From: an uncultured Thalassobaculaceae bacterium
Lineage (GTDB): Bacteria; Pseudomonadota; Alphaproteobacteria; Thalassobaculales; Thalassobaculaceae
Assembly: GCA_964483985.1 (NCBI GenBank)
Contig: CAZADS010000061.1
Location: 8,073 to 72,072, forward strand
Direction: 5' to 3'
Length of the DNA stretch: 64,000 nt
The number at the start of each line of letters is the position of its first letter. The first letter of the stretch is position 1. Below, piece after piece: positions 40,779 through 50,435 of this stretch. The position numbers were made by a program, and so were the translations under genes. Under the pieces are notes generated by a model. It saw only the letters and a program-made list of their open reading frames with translations, had not been told where the DNA came from and searched no databases.

Positions 40779-41888
40779 TCAAATTCTGTATTTTTTTATA
40801 GCAACAGGATCAACTTTAATCCCAAATCCATTCCCTTCCGGTAAGCGTATACGACCATTTCTTACTCTGGGTCCCTCTAATAGCATATGGGCCCATAGAG
40901 GATCTCTCTCCGGATTTGCAAAGCACTCCACGCACATTCCATGAGGCTGTGATGACAAAAGGTGAATTGCTATTTGGGGTTCTTCATGATGGGTCATATA
41001 AACGTCATGCAGTAGGGCTAGACCTGCCACTCGTTGCCAAACCGTAATTCCACCGGCCTCGGATGCATCAAAATTGACGATATCTACCGCCCCTGACCCT
41101 ATCAACCGTCTCATGGCTTGCCCCGTAATTTCACTTTGTCCCGCATTTATAGGTATGCGACTATATCTTCGCACCTCAGCCATATTGCGGAGATCATCCA
41201 TCCAATGGCAGGGCTCCTCAAACCAAGCTATATTTAAAGGTTCTATCAGGTCAGCAAATTTTATAGCGTCTCGCCAAGACCACCCTCTGTTTGCATCAAC
41301 CGCTATGATAAAATCTGACCCCGCTCCATCCCTGGCCGCTTGCACTCTCTTAGCATCCTCTTCTGGCGACAATCCGCCGACTTTTACTTTACATCCCGCC
41401 ATTCCCAGAGCCTGCAACGTCTGCATTTCGGTGGCTAGATCCTTTAAAGTTTTCCCTTCCTCGTAATAACCTCCAATAGAAATTATATCCATTTCTTGAT
41501 ACGTGCCTCCTAGCAACCGCGAAACACTGACTTGATAGCATCGGCCGATTGCATCCCAGATCGCACTATCAACGCAAGCTATAGCTTGCATTAACAAATC
41601 CGGTGACATTGCTGCGCTAGGAATTTTTTCCTCTAATGATTTATATCGTTGTTGCCAATCTCGAACATCTCCACCAATCAATAATGGTGCTAATTCATTA
41701 TTGATTAGGGCCGCTATTTCTATTCCGTGCGAACGATTATCTCCATTATAGACCTCTGCTAAAGGGCCGTCTTTTATCCAAAGCCGAGTGATCACAGTAC
41801 ACCGAGAAGTAACACTATAAGTGCTTCCACCAAAATCTTTATTTAATGGTATACGGATTGCTGTTGCTTCGATTTTATCGATGATCAT
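40779..41888 (-). CDS. enolase-superfamily enzyme, mandelate racemase subgroup (acid-sugar dehydratase-like)
   Basis: KxK motif CKVKVGG, metal ligands in AVDANRGW, FEEP and AGQSE, and a His-Asp dyad region DIVNFD...THHE. Confidence 0.85.
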   Translation of the reverse strand: MIIDKIEATAIRIPLNKDFGGSTYSVTSRCTVITRLWIKDGPLAEVYNGDNRSHGIEIAALINNELAPLLIGGDVRDWQQRYKSLEEKIPSAAMSPDLLMQAIACVDSAIWDAIGRCYQVSVSRLLGGTYQEMDIISIGGYYEEGKTLKDLATEMQTLQALGMAGCKVKVGGLSPEEDAKRVQAARDGAGSDFIIAVDANRGWSWRDAIKFADLIEPLNIAWFEEPCHWMDDLRNMAEVRRYSRIPINAGQSEITGQAMRRLIGSGAVDIVNFDASEAGGITVWQRVAGLALLHDVYMTHHEEPQIAIHLLSSQPHGMCVECFANPERDPLWAHMLLEGPRVRNGRIRLPEGNGFGIKVDPVAIKKYRI

Positions 41889-42109
41889 ATTAGTTCCTGA
41901 CTTTCGTTTAAAAAATGAAGAATTGCATCTAAAGCCAGACCATCAACATGGTAAAGCTTCACTCCTTATGTTCTATTATTGTGGAGCTAATATCATCACT
42001 CTGTCCAATTCTATTAATACGACTGATTTCGCTTAAATAGTCTTGACCTAAACGATGCACTTGGCGAGGCTCCGCCGCCAACCTATTTTACCTAGTAGGA
42101 GTTTCAATA

Positions 42110-42985
42110 ATGAGTGCCGGAAAAAGATTACCAGGAACTCCAGTGCCAATGCATATCTGGATAGGGAGCGATGGAGTGAAGATTGCTGGAGACACCTGGG
42201 GCAACCCAAAGGGCCCACTGGTAATACTTCAACATGGCGGAGGTCAAACTCGGCACGCTTGGAAACAGGCTGGCGAAACCCTTGGTAAGGCCGGTTATCA
42301 TGCCGTGGCCTTTGATGCTAGAGGTCATGGCGATTCGGATTGGGCGGGAGAGGGAAATTATGGTGCCGACAAAATGGTTGAAGATCTTCGACTCGTAAGC
42401 ATCGCGCTTAACTCTAGTAATCCCATCCTTGTTGGAGCGTCTATGGGAGCGGGTACCAGCTTAATCGCGATAGGAGAAAACAAATTGAAGGCAAGCGCTT
42501 TAGTAATGGTAGATATGGCTCCCCGTATTGAACCCGAAGGACAGGCTAAAATTCAAGCCTTCATGAACCAAAAACCGGATGGCTTTGATACTTTACAAGA
42601 AGTTGCAGATGCCATTGCGAACTATCAACCGCATCGAAAACGTCCAAGAACTCTGGATGGTTTAGCTAAAAATGTTAGGCTAGCACCCAATGGGAAATAT
42701 GTTTGGCACTGGGATCCGGCCCGTCGTTTAAATCGACCAGAGCAGGCCGATTACCGAGAGAGGCTCAGGATCGCTGCGGATAATTTAACCTTACCCGTAT
42801 TACTTGTCCGAGGAGGATTGTCGGATGTGCTAAGTGAAGAAGGAGCAAAAAGTTTCCTAATGCAATGCCCTCACGCCGAATACGTCAATGTTTCTAACGC
42901 AGCTCATATGGTAGCAGGAGATCGAAATGATATTTTCGCAAAATCAGCAGTGAAGTTTCTACTCAAAACTATCCCGCCTCGATAA
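42110..42985 (+). CDS. alpha/beta hydrolase
   Basis: An HGGGQTRHAW oxyanion region, nucleophile elbow GASMGAG, and a C-terminal His in NAAHMV. Confidence 0.8.
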   Translation: MSAGKRLPGTPVPMHIWIGSDGVKIAGDTWGNPKGPLVILQHGGGQTRHAWKQAGETLGKAGYHAVAFDARGHGDSDWAGEGNYGADKMVEDLRLVSIALNSSNPILVGASMGAGTSLIAIGENKLKASALVMVDMAPRIEPEGQAKIQAFMNQKPDGFDTLQEVADAIANYQPHRKRPRTLDGLAKNVRLAPNGKYVWHWDPARRLNRPEQADYRERLRIAADNLTLPVLLVRGGLSDVLSEEGAKSFLMQCPHAEYVNVSNAAHMVAGDRNDIFAKSAVKFLLKTIPPR

Positions 42986-43100
42986 ACAATACCTCGTTCG
43001 TAGCATTAATAGATCACCGCGTAGACCGACCCCAGTATATCCTTTCCACAGTGTTTTATTTTAAGATACCGCCACTCTAACAAAATAAAAAGAAGCACTC

Positions 43101-44096
43101 ATGAACGCACTTGATGAAATTCCCATTGGCCAAACTGGCATTAAAGTCACACGCTTAGGTCTTGGGGGTGTATTTGTAGGTAGTCATTTTGAAACCTCCG
43201 CCAGTTACGATATTTCACTAAAAACGATAAAGACTGCTTACGATATTGGAATAAAGTATTTTGACACTGCCCCGTTCTATGGCTGCGGAAGAAGTGAAGC
43301 TCGTTTTGGAAAAATGCTTAGCGATAAACCTCGAGACACATACGTTCTTTCTACCAAGGTAGGGAGATTGCTTATACCTGATTCTGAGAATCCTGGGATG
43401 TGGGAAGACGATAAAATAACACACTTTGTTCCAGAATTTGATTTGTCTCGGGATGGGATTATAAAGTCCGTTGAGGATAGTTTAGAACGCCTTGGGTTAA
43501 ACCATGTCGAAATTCTCTATTTGCACGATCCAGACAGGGCAAACAAAGAAGACGAGGCTATTAAATCGGCATTCCCCGCATTAATGGAATTAAAGGAGCA
43601 GGGTTTAGTAAAAGCTATAGGGACAGGCATGAATCAATGGCAGATGCCTATGCGATTTCTTCAAGAATTCGATTTAGACGTCATCTTATTGGCGGGGAGG
43701 TACACTCTTTTAGATCAATCTGCATATTTGGACTTTCTCCCCCTGTGCGAGAAACGGGGGACTAAAATAGTCACTGGAGGCCCCTTTAATTCTGGCATTT
43801 TAACTGCAACGACTTTCAACCAATCCACCTGGTTTAACTACAAACCCGCTAGCGCAGAATGGATAGAAAAGGCCATTAATTTAAAGCTAATTTGCGATAA
43901 ATATAGCGTTAACTTGAAGGCCGCGGCGCTCCAATTTCCTTTGGCTCATCCTGCCGTTGCTTGTGTTATACCTGGCGCAGCCAGCCCCGCCCAGTTGGAA
44001 GAAAACGTTTCTCTCATAAACGCTCCTATCCCTCCCGGCGTTTGGGAAGAACTTAAATATCAAAATTTGATCCCAATTGATGCACCCACTCCCTAA
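43101..44096 (+). CDS. aldo/keto reductase (aldose 1-dehydrogenase-like)
   Basis: LGLGG, FDTAPFYG, LSTKVG and LYLHDPD are AKR motifs. Confidence 0.85.
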   Translation: MNALDEIPIGQTGIKVTRLGLGGVFVGSHFETSASYDISLKTIKTAYDIGIKYFDTAPFYGCGRSEARFGKMLSDKPRDTYVLSTKVGRLLIPDSENPGMWEDDKITHFVPEFDLSRDGIIKSVEDSLERLGLNHVEILYLHDPDRANKEDEAIKSAFPALMELKEQGLVKAIGTGMNQWQMPMRFLQEFDLDVILLAGRYTLLDQSAYLDFLPLCEKRGTKIVTGGPFNSGILTATTFNQSTWFNYKPASAEWIEKAINLKLICDKYSVNLKAAALQFPLAHPAVACVIPGAASPAQLEENVSLINAPIPPGVWEELKYQNLIPIDAPTP

Positions 44097-44594
44097 GCTG
44101 GGATATAATTTGGATTTCTTTTCGGTCAATTATAAAAACGTAGAGGGCATGTTGAAATCCCGTATCAATCAAAAAAATAAACCTATTTTCGAACCTTTTA
44201 TTACTGAGGATAGTGACCTTTTGCTTAAAGACAACAAATAGAAACCAATGTTAGTCTTAAAAAAGCAATCAATTAGATATCAGTGTTTTATAAGCCAATC
44301 TAAATGATCACATAGATTGAACAATAAAATATGCAAAACCTTTTATCCCAGCAACAACATATTCAGGACTCACGTAATTTATCAAAAAGATTTTTTTATT
44401 AAACTAGAACTGAAATACCTAATGTCCAGTAGTTATTAACCAACTAATGTAAACGATACCTGGATATTTACCAAAATTTTCTTCCAAATTATGGTAACGG
44501 TTTGTGCCCTGTGTTAGTTATCACGTAGTTTAGATAAAAGACTTTGCCCTATAATTCTTATGCTGAAAAATATCGGTTATTAAAGGGAACAATC

Positions 44595-45458
44595 ATGAGT
44601 TCAAATGCTGATATCATTAAATCACCAATAGCGGAGACCCCAAGTTTTAAGATTAAAGCACTCTCGAACTTAATGGCAGCAGAGGTGATTGGCCTAGATC
44701 TTTCAAAACCATTTGATCACAAGACAAAACATACTATTCATAAAGCATTTCTGGATCACCAACTATTAGTGTTCCGAAACCAGAATCTCAACAAAGAGGA
44801 ACAGGTTAAATTTACGCAACAATTTGGCGATTTAGAACGGCACGCAATAAGCAATAAAGGTTCGGCAGACTCACCTTTTGTCCACATAGTTACAAACCTC
44901 GATGCTAATGGAATTCCAACCGGAACAGTTGGCTCTCAGCACTGGCACTCTGATAAATCATTCCGTCCCGAACCGTCTATGGCCACCATACTACATGCAA
45001 AACAATTACCACCAAAAGGAGGTGATACCTGGTTCGCTAATATGTACGGAGCCTATAGTGCTTTAGAAGAATCTCAAAAATCAGCAATTGAAAAATTGAG
45101 TATCATTCACATTCTTTTTTTAGGGCGACCTTTAACTCATGAGGAGCTTGATGACGCACCGCCAATGGCTCACCCTTTAGTTAGAATTCATCCCGAAACT
45201 GGACGCAAGTGCTTGTTTTTAGGAATGCACGCTTCTCATATAGATGGGATTTCCGGCACAGCAGGAAAATCCAAGGTGCGAGAATTAGAAAGTCACGCGA
45301 CTGAAGACCGTTTTATCTTCCGGCATAAATGGGAGGTCGGTGATTTATTAATGTGGGATAACCGATGCCTTCTGCACCGAGCAGATGCTAATTTCGATGC
45401 GGCCTTACATCCCAGGGTCATGCATCGAACTTGCCTTAAGGGCACACCCACTGCCTGA
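44595..45458 (+). CDS. TauD/TfdA family Fe(II)/2OG dioxygenase
   Basis: HWHSD (HxD facial triad), and later a WDNRCLLHRA motif. The ATG at 44595 has AAGGGAA upstream. Confidence 0.85.
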   Translation: MSSNADIIKSPIAETPSFKIKALSNLMAAEVIGLDLSKPFDHKTKHTIHKAFLDHQLLVFRNQNLNKEEQVKFTQQFGDLERHAISNKGSADSPFVHIVTNLDANGIPTGTVGSQHWHSDKSFRPEPSMATILHAKQLPPKGGDTWFANMYGAYSALEESQKSAIEKLSIIHILFLGRPLTHEELDDAPPMAHPLVRIHPETGRKCLFLGMHASHIDGISGTAGKSKVRELESHATEDRFIFRHKWEVGDLLMWDNRCLLHRADANFDAALHPRVMHRTCLKGTPTA

Positions 45459-45658
45459 TGCCATTACTATGAAATAAACCGTGTCTGATTTGGAGCAACG
45501 GCGGGTAAATATAAACAACTCCTTAGTTAAAACTCTTTCTCGGAGTGCTTCCTATTGAACAACACATACACAATTGTTTTTTAGTGCCATTTGACACTGC
45601 CATTTCTGGCATACAGGCTAAGTGAAAATATCACCTGGACTATCAGGAGTTTAACGTT

Positions 45659-47272
45659 TTGCTAGAAAATGGTACTTTCTTTGATTTTATAGTCAGTGGG
45701 GCCGGATCCGCGGGATGCGCTGTTGCTGGGAGATTAAGCGAATCCGGAAAATATAGTGTATTAATCTTGGAGGCAGGTCCGCGCGACACAAATCCATGGA
45801 TTCACACTCCTTTAGGATTTACAAAAGTTTTTACAGACCCAAAAGTTAATTGGAAATTCCAAACAGAACCGGTTGAATCACTAAACAACAGGATATTGTA
45901 TCAACCTAGAGGGAAAGTCTTAGGAGGCAGCAGTTCTATCAACGGTACAGTCTATATGAGAGGTCATCCTAGCGATTATGATGAATGGAGACAGAGAGGT
46001 TTGGATGGTTGGGGCTGGGAGTCGGTATTACCTTTTTTTAAGCAGGCAGAGGATAACGAACGAGGCGAAGACCAACTACACGGTGTCGGCGGACCATTGC
46101 GAGTTTCCGATATCCCAGAGGCTTGGGATTTACCAAGTGCTATGGTTGCGGCCGCTATAGAAGCTGGTATTCCTGCAAACCCAGATTTTAACGGACCCAA
46201 ACAAGAAGGGACTGGGTTTTATCAATTCACGGCTACGAAATCCCGTCGATGGAGTTCTGCAAAAGCTTACCTTACACCTGCTAAAAATCGCAAAAATCTT
46301 CATATCGAAACATCGGCGCATGCTCGACGAATAATCATAGAAAACGGACGGGCTACCGGAGTAGAATTCCAAACTCCTGATGGCATTAAAACGGTCAAGG
46401 CTAGAAAGGAAATTATAATCTCTGGTGGTGCCTTTGGTTCTCCTCAACTCCTGCAACTTTCGGGAATCGGACCCGCTAAACTCCTGATGGAAATGAATAT
46501 TGAAGTAAATCAAGATCTTCCAGGAGTTGGATCTCATTTGCTAGATCACTTTAATACTTATTTGAGTTTTCGATGCGCCAAGCCAGTGACCATGAATGTT
46601 CTAGCATTAAGCTTACCTCGCCGTTTAATTGCGGGAGCTCAATACGCTATTTTCCAAAAAGGCCCCCTTACTAATACCGGTATTTCGGCTGGTGCCTTTA
46701 TAAAAAGTGATACTCGTTTGGAACGGCCCGATCTTCAAATAAATATGTTCAACTGGAGCGCACTTGAAAGAACGGCAAATAATGTGGTCCCCCACCCATT
46801 TTCAGCATTTACCTTTAGTCCTGTTCATCTCCGTCCGGACTGCGAGGGTTCAGTCACAATCAAAAGTCCCGACCCTTTTATGCCACCATCCATACGTTAT
46901 GAATTCTTACGGACAGAATATGATAAACAAGCGATCTTACACGGTATGCGCTTATGCCGCGACATCGCTAAACAACCCGCGTTGAACCCGTTCATGGTTG
47001 AGGAAGTTCTGCCCGGGCCAACGGTTATTAGTGATGAAGATCTGATCGCCGATGTTCGCGCCCGCGCGGTTGCCAATTACCACCCTGTTGGTACCTGTCG
47101 AATGGGATCCAAGCTGGACTCGGCCACTGACGCTCGACTTCGGGTACACGGAATCCGAGACCTTCGCGTTGCAGATGCCTCGATAATGCCTACAATTGTT
47201 GCAGGTAATACAAATGCGCCCAGCATAATGATAGGCGAAAAAGCTGCTTCCATGATATTGGAAGACCATTAG
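45659..47272 (+). CDS. GMC family oxidoreductase (choline dehydrogenase-like)
   Basis: FAD motif DFIVSGAGSAGCAVAGRLSE, GGSSSINGTVYMRG, and C-terminal HPVGTCRMG and NTNAP. Confidence 0.9.
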   Translation: MLENGTFFDFIVSGAGSAGCAVAGRLSESGKYSVLILEAGPRDTNPWIHTPLGFTKVFTDPKVNWKFQTEPVESLNNRILYQPRGKVLGGSSSINGTVYMRGHPSDYDEWRQRGLDGWGWESVLPFFKQAEDNERGEDQLHGVGGPLRVSDIPEAWDLPSAMVAAAIEAGIPANPDFNGPKQEGTGFYQFTATKSRRWSSAKAYLTPAKNRKNLHIETSAHARRIIIENGRATGVEFQTPDGIKTVKARKEIIISGGAFGSPQLLQLSGIGPAKLLMEMNIEVNQDLPGVGSHLLDHFNTYLSFRCAKPVTMNVLALSLPRRLIAGAQYAIFQKGPLTNTGISAGAFIKSDTRLERPDLQINMFNWSALERTANNVVPHPFSAFTFSPVHLRPDCEGSVTIKSPDPFMPPSIRYEFLRTEYDKQAILHGMRLCRDIAKQPALNPFMVEEVLPGPTVISDEDLIADVRARAVANYHPVGTCRMGSKLDSATDARLRVHGIRDLRVADASIMPTIVAGNTNAPSIMIGEKAASMILEDH

Positions 47273-47377
47273 AGAAGCTCAAACTTTACATTTTAATGCA
47301 GCCGCTAAATCATTGGCCGTTTTGGTGCTTTTAGGACCAGTTGAAGTGGAATATGAATATCCTAAGGTAAATGCCTA

Positions 47378-48157
47378 ATGCTTGGCTTATTGGAAACCAC
47401 ATTAAAATTTGTAACGATTTCGGAATTTATATTTATTATCATTGCTATTCTTTCGGCTGGGTTCATCCGCGGGTTTACTGGTTTTGGGGCTTCTCTAATC
47501 ATTGTAATGACCTTGAGTGTGGTTTTTGGACCTCTGATCGCCGTTCCAATAGCTTGCTTGAGCGGTTTACCATCCATGTTTCAGCTTCTGCCCACCGCCA
47601 TTCGGCACGCTGAAAAATCTTTTGTGCTTCCATTTGGCCTGTCAACTTTCGTAGCGGCACCATTTGGTACCCTTGCATTGGTCTCCATAAATCCGTCCAT
47701 TATGAAAATCGGGATATCTATTTTTGTATTACTATCTGTCCCGATGCTTTATCGACAATGGCACTTTAAAGAACGATTAGGTCTGTTTTTTGTAATCAGC
47801 GGAGGCATAGGAGCTGGCCTGATACAAGGGTGTGCGGGCGTTGGTGGACCACCAGCCGTAGCTTTAGCTTTATCACGGCCTACATCCCCACAACGACAAA
47901 GGGCTAACGTTATCGGCGCAGTTACCGCACTTTCCATTTGTGCTATAATTCCGCTTTGGTATCATAACTTGTTCACACCTAAAGTACTCATATTAAGCGC
48001 CTTTATAGTTCCTGGTTACGTAGCAGCCGCGTGGATAGGAGTGCGATGCTTTTCAACACACGGCCATCGCTATTTTCGGAATGCTGCAATATTTTTATTG
48101 GCGGGAATAAGCCTCTGCACACTAATATTAGCAATCAGAAACTATATTGCCGTATAA
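47378..48157 (+). CDS. TauE/SafE (DUF81) family sulfite/anion exporter
   Basis: A 259-aa protein with 7-8 TM segments and duplicated G-rich motifs (GFIRGFTGFGASL; GLIQGCAGVGGPP). Confidence 0.75.
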   Translation: MLGLLETTLKFVTISEFIFIIIAILSAGFIRGFTGFGASLIIVMTLSVVFGPLIAVPIACLSGLPSMFQLLPTAIRHAEKSFVLPFGLSTFVAAPFGTLALVSINPSIMKIGISIFVLLSVPMLYRQWHFKERLGLFFVISGGIGAGLIQGCAGVGGPPAVALALSRPTSPQRQRANVIGAVTALSICAIIPLWYHNLFTPKVLILSAFIVPGYVAAAWIGVRCFSTHGHRYFRNAAIFLLAGISLCTLILAIRNYIAV

Positions 48158-48166
48158 ATAACTATC

Positions 48167-49393
48167 TTACCCAACCCTTCGCTCGTTTTTGAGCATCCTA
48201 TCTATGTATCGTCCCTGATAAACAGTAATACCTAGAGATTGACCAAATCGGATTGCCTCGTCCGAGTCGCATCTTGTCAAAATAATCCGAGCTCGGCCAC
48301 ATCTATCCACATTCTCTTTCAATTCAGCTATCCGAGTCCCTGAGACATCATCAGCCATTTCCGGACTCCAGGTAAGTTTCAATAGATCGAAGCCAAGTCT
48401 ATCACGATCTATAAATTGCATCGTGGAATGATTTAATCCATCAAGCGCTATTCTATACCCTCGTTCCCGCATGAAATCCCGAGCGAACATATAGTTTCCC
48501 ATGTCGCTAAAGATATCAATAGTCTGCAGTTCTATTACTACCGTGCCTCTTGCCACTGCCTTAAGACTGGCGTCGAAATTTAGAAATGGAGCAGCAAGAA
48601 TCGTTTGCACATTAAGGTTTATGCTGAAAGAGCTGTCTATGGTTGAATCATCGTTTCGTATTAAAAGGGTCAGCATCCGCGCATCAAGAGTGAGAGTTAG
48701 ATGTTGAAACAACCACAAATTTGACAACAAATCGAACTCTGGCAATACAGATTTTCTCAATTCATCGATAGAAATATAAAGTTCTTGAAAAATTGGTTGC
48801 GGGTTCGGATTACTTGGGGTGATTGCGCAAACCGGCTGTCGCCGCATTAAATTCGAAAGATCAGCTCGCTCTAAAAAGGTTTCAAGTTTTCCTAGTTGTT
48901 CAGGATTTAGCTCTTGCAGTCCATCCTGTAGTCTTGTTCGCGATTTAACTTGACCGGTCGCGAGTCTGTTTTGCCTTTCGCGCTCTCGGTGCATCTGCTT
49001 TACTAAATCAAGCATCTCTTCATGTTGGGTAACCACATTATACCAAGTACAAAAACGTGCCAAATCCTCTTCTTCATCCCCTTGAGATAAAGGATCCTCA
49101 TTAAACAAGTAACGCACCTTCATGATAGCCGCATCAATATCCTCAATGGCAGCGTCTTTGCAAAAAAAGAACAAATCCGAATTACTAAGAGTGAATATTT
49201 GTCCATCATAATTTTGCACCATGCCTTCAAATGTAGCGGCTGCGATGCGAATATGATGATCTTGCCTATTTTGCGGTCGCAAGCGGGAAAGGTGGATTAG
49301 GACCCCCATCCTACCATCAAGGTTTCTACCAAGTCGTTGCATATAATCCAATAACAGGTATTCCTGACTTGGACCCTTTGTTCGATTTTGCAT
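48167..49393 (-). CDS. degenerate GGDEF-like + degenerate EAL-like protein (candidate c-di-GMP receptor)
   Basis: The EAL-like landmarks are QPIF, SINLN, VVIELQ, IALDGLNHS (in place of DDFGTG), DLLKL, and YQGRYI (in place of QGY). The N-terminal half follows the GGDEF fold pattern, with SNSDL where GGDEF would be. Confidence 0.55.
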   Translation of the reverse strand: MQNRTKGPSQEYLLLDYMQRLGRNLDGRMGVLIHLSRLRPQNRQDHHIRIAAATFEGMVQNYDGQIFTLSNSDLFFFCKDAAIEDIDAAIMKVRYLFNEDPLSQGDEEEDLARFCTWYNVVTQHEEMLDLVKQMHRERERQNRLATGQVKSRTRLQDGLQELNPEQLGKLETFLERADLSNLMRRQPVCAITPSNPNPQPIFQELYISIDELRKSVLPEFDLLSNLWLFQHLTLTLDARMLTLLIRNDDSTIDSSFSINLNVQTILAAPFLNFDASLKAVARGTVVIELQTIDIFSDMGNYMFARDFMRERGYRIALDGLNHSTMQFIDRDRLGFDLLKLTWSPEMADDVSGTRIAELKENVDRCGRARIILTRCDSDEAIRFGQSLGITVYQGRYIDRMLKNERRVG

Positions 49394-49570
49394 TTGACTA
49401 AAGGCCGTTCCGTTCCCCGGTTATTACCGAGCGTGACTGAAAGATATACTTTAACTGTTTTAGCACGCTAATTTATTAGCGAAAGGAGAATTTCCTCAAT
49501 AACTATGGCACTCGAAATATTAACTTACTTTTGCGGCGCACACTTCCTTAGAAATCTTGAACAGATAATC

Positions 49571-50365
49571 TTACTTACCAGTAAAAATCGGTTTTCGTTT
49601 GTTTAAAAAAGCGTCCTGCCCTTCTTGATAATCACTACTATTAAAACAAGCCCGGGTCATCTCTTCTACTAATTTTCCATTAAATTCCGCTTCATCTTTC
49701 ATTAACTCATTGATTGTTAATTTAGAAGCCAGCATAGAAAGAGGCGCATTTTCAGAGATCCTATCGGTCATGTCAGCTACAGCTGAATCCAACTCTTCAA
49801 TCGGTACGCAAGCGTTTATCAGTCCCATCTCCATGGCTTCCTCGGCCGTATACCGTTTAGCTGTAAGTAAAATTTCCTTAGCTTTTGACGGACCTACAAG
49901 GTTCACTAGGTTACCTAAATTCACACGGTCATATGCAATCGATAATCTCGCTGCGGGCACCCCAAACTGAGAGTCCTTTGACGCAATCCGAATATCCGTA
50001 GCTAAAGCAATTCCAAGGCCGCCACCCATGCAAAAGCCACGAATCTTCGCAATTAGAGGTTTTTCACAATTAAGTATTTTCTTTCGTCCTGCCACAGAAA
50101 TTTTTGCATAGGATTCTGCTGAAGCAGCGTCTGAACGCCTTTCTTTGAATTGAGAGATATCAGCACCAGAAGCAAAAGCTTTTTCTCCCGCACCTGACAT
50201 AACTATACAACGAACGGATGCTTCTTTCGCGAATATATCAAAAGCCTCAGATATTCCTTCCCACATTTCTAACGAAATAGCATTTCGGCGTTCTGGGTTG
50301 TTGATAACAATTAGACCAACTGTACCATCTTTATCAGCAAGTATCTTTTTAGTGGAGAGCTTCAT
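49571..50365 (-). CDS. enoyl-CoA hydratase/isomerase family protein
   Basis: AFASGADISQF and GFCMGGGLGIALATDIRIA are crotonase fold motifs. Confidence 0.9.
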   Translation of the reverse strand: MKLSTKKILADKDGTVGLIVINNPERRNAISLEMWEGISEAFDIFAKEASVRCIVMSGAGEKAFASGADISQFKERRSDAASAESYAKISVAGRKKILNCEKPLIAKIRGFCMGGGLGIALATDIRIASKDSQFGVPAARLSIAYDRVNLGNLVNLVGPSKAKEILLTAKRYTAEEAMEMGLINACVPIEELDSAVADMTDRISENAPLSMLASKLTINELMKDEAEFNGKLVEEMTRACFNSSDYQEGQDAFLNKRKPIFTGK

Positions 50366-50435
50366 ATGGAGTCCTTAAATTTAAATATGATTTTAAGTTT
50401 TTAGAATCTTATAAGTTCGATCCGAGAGCCGTTAT

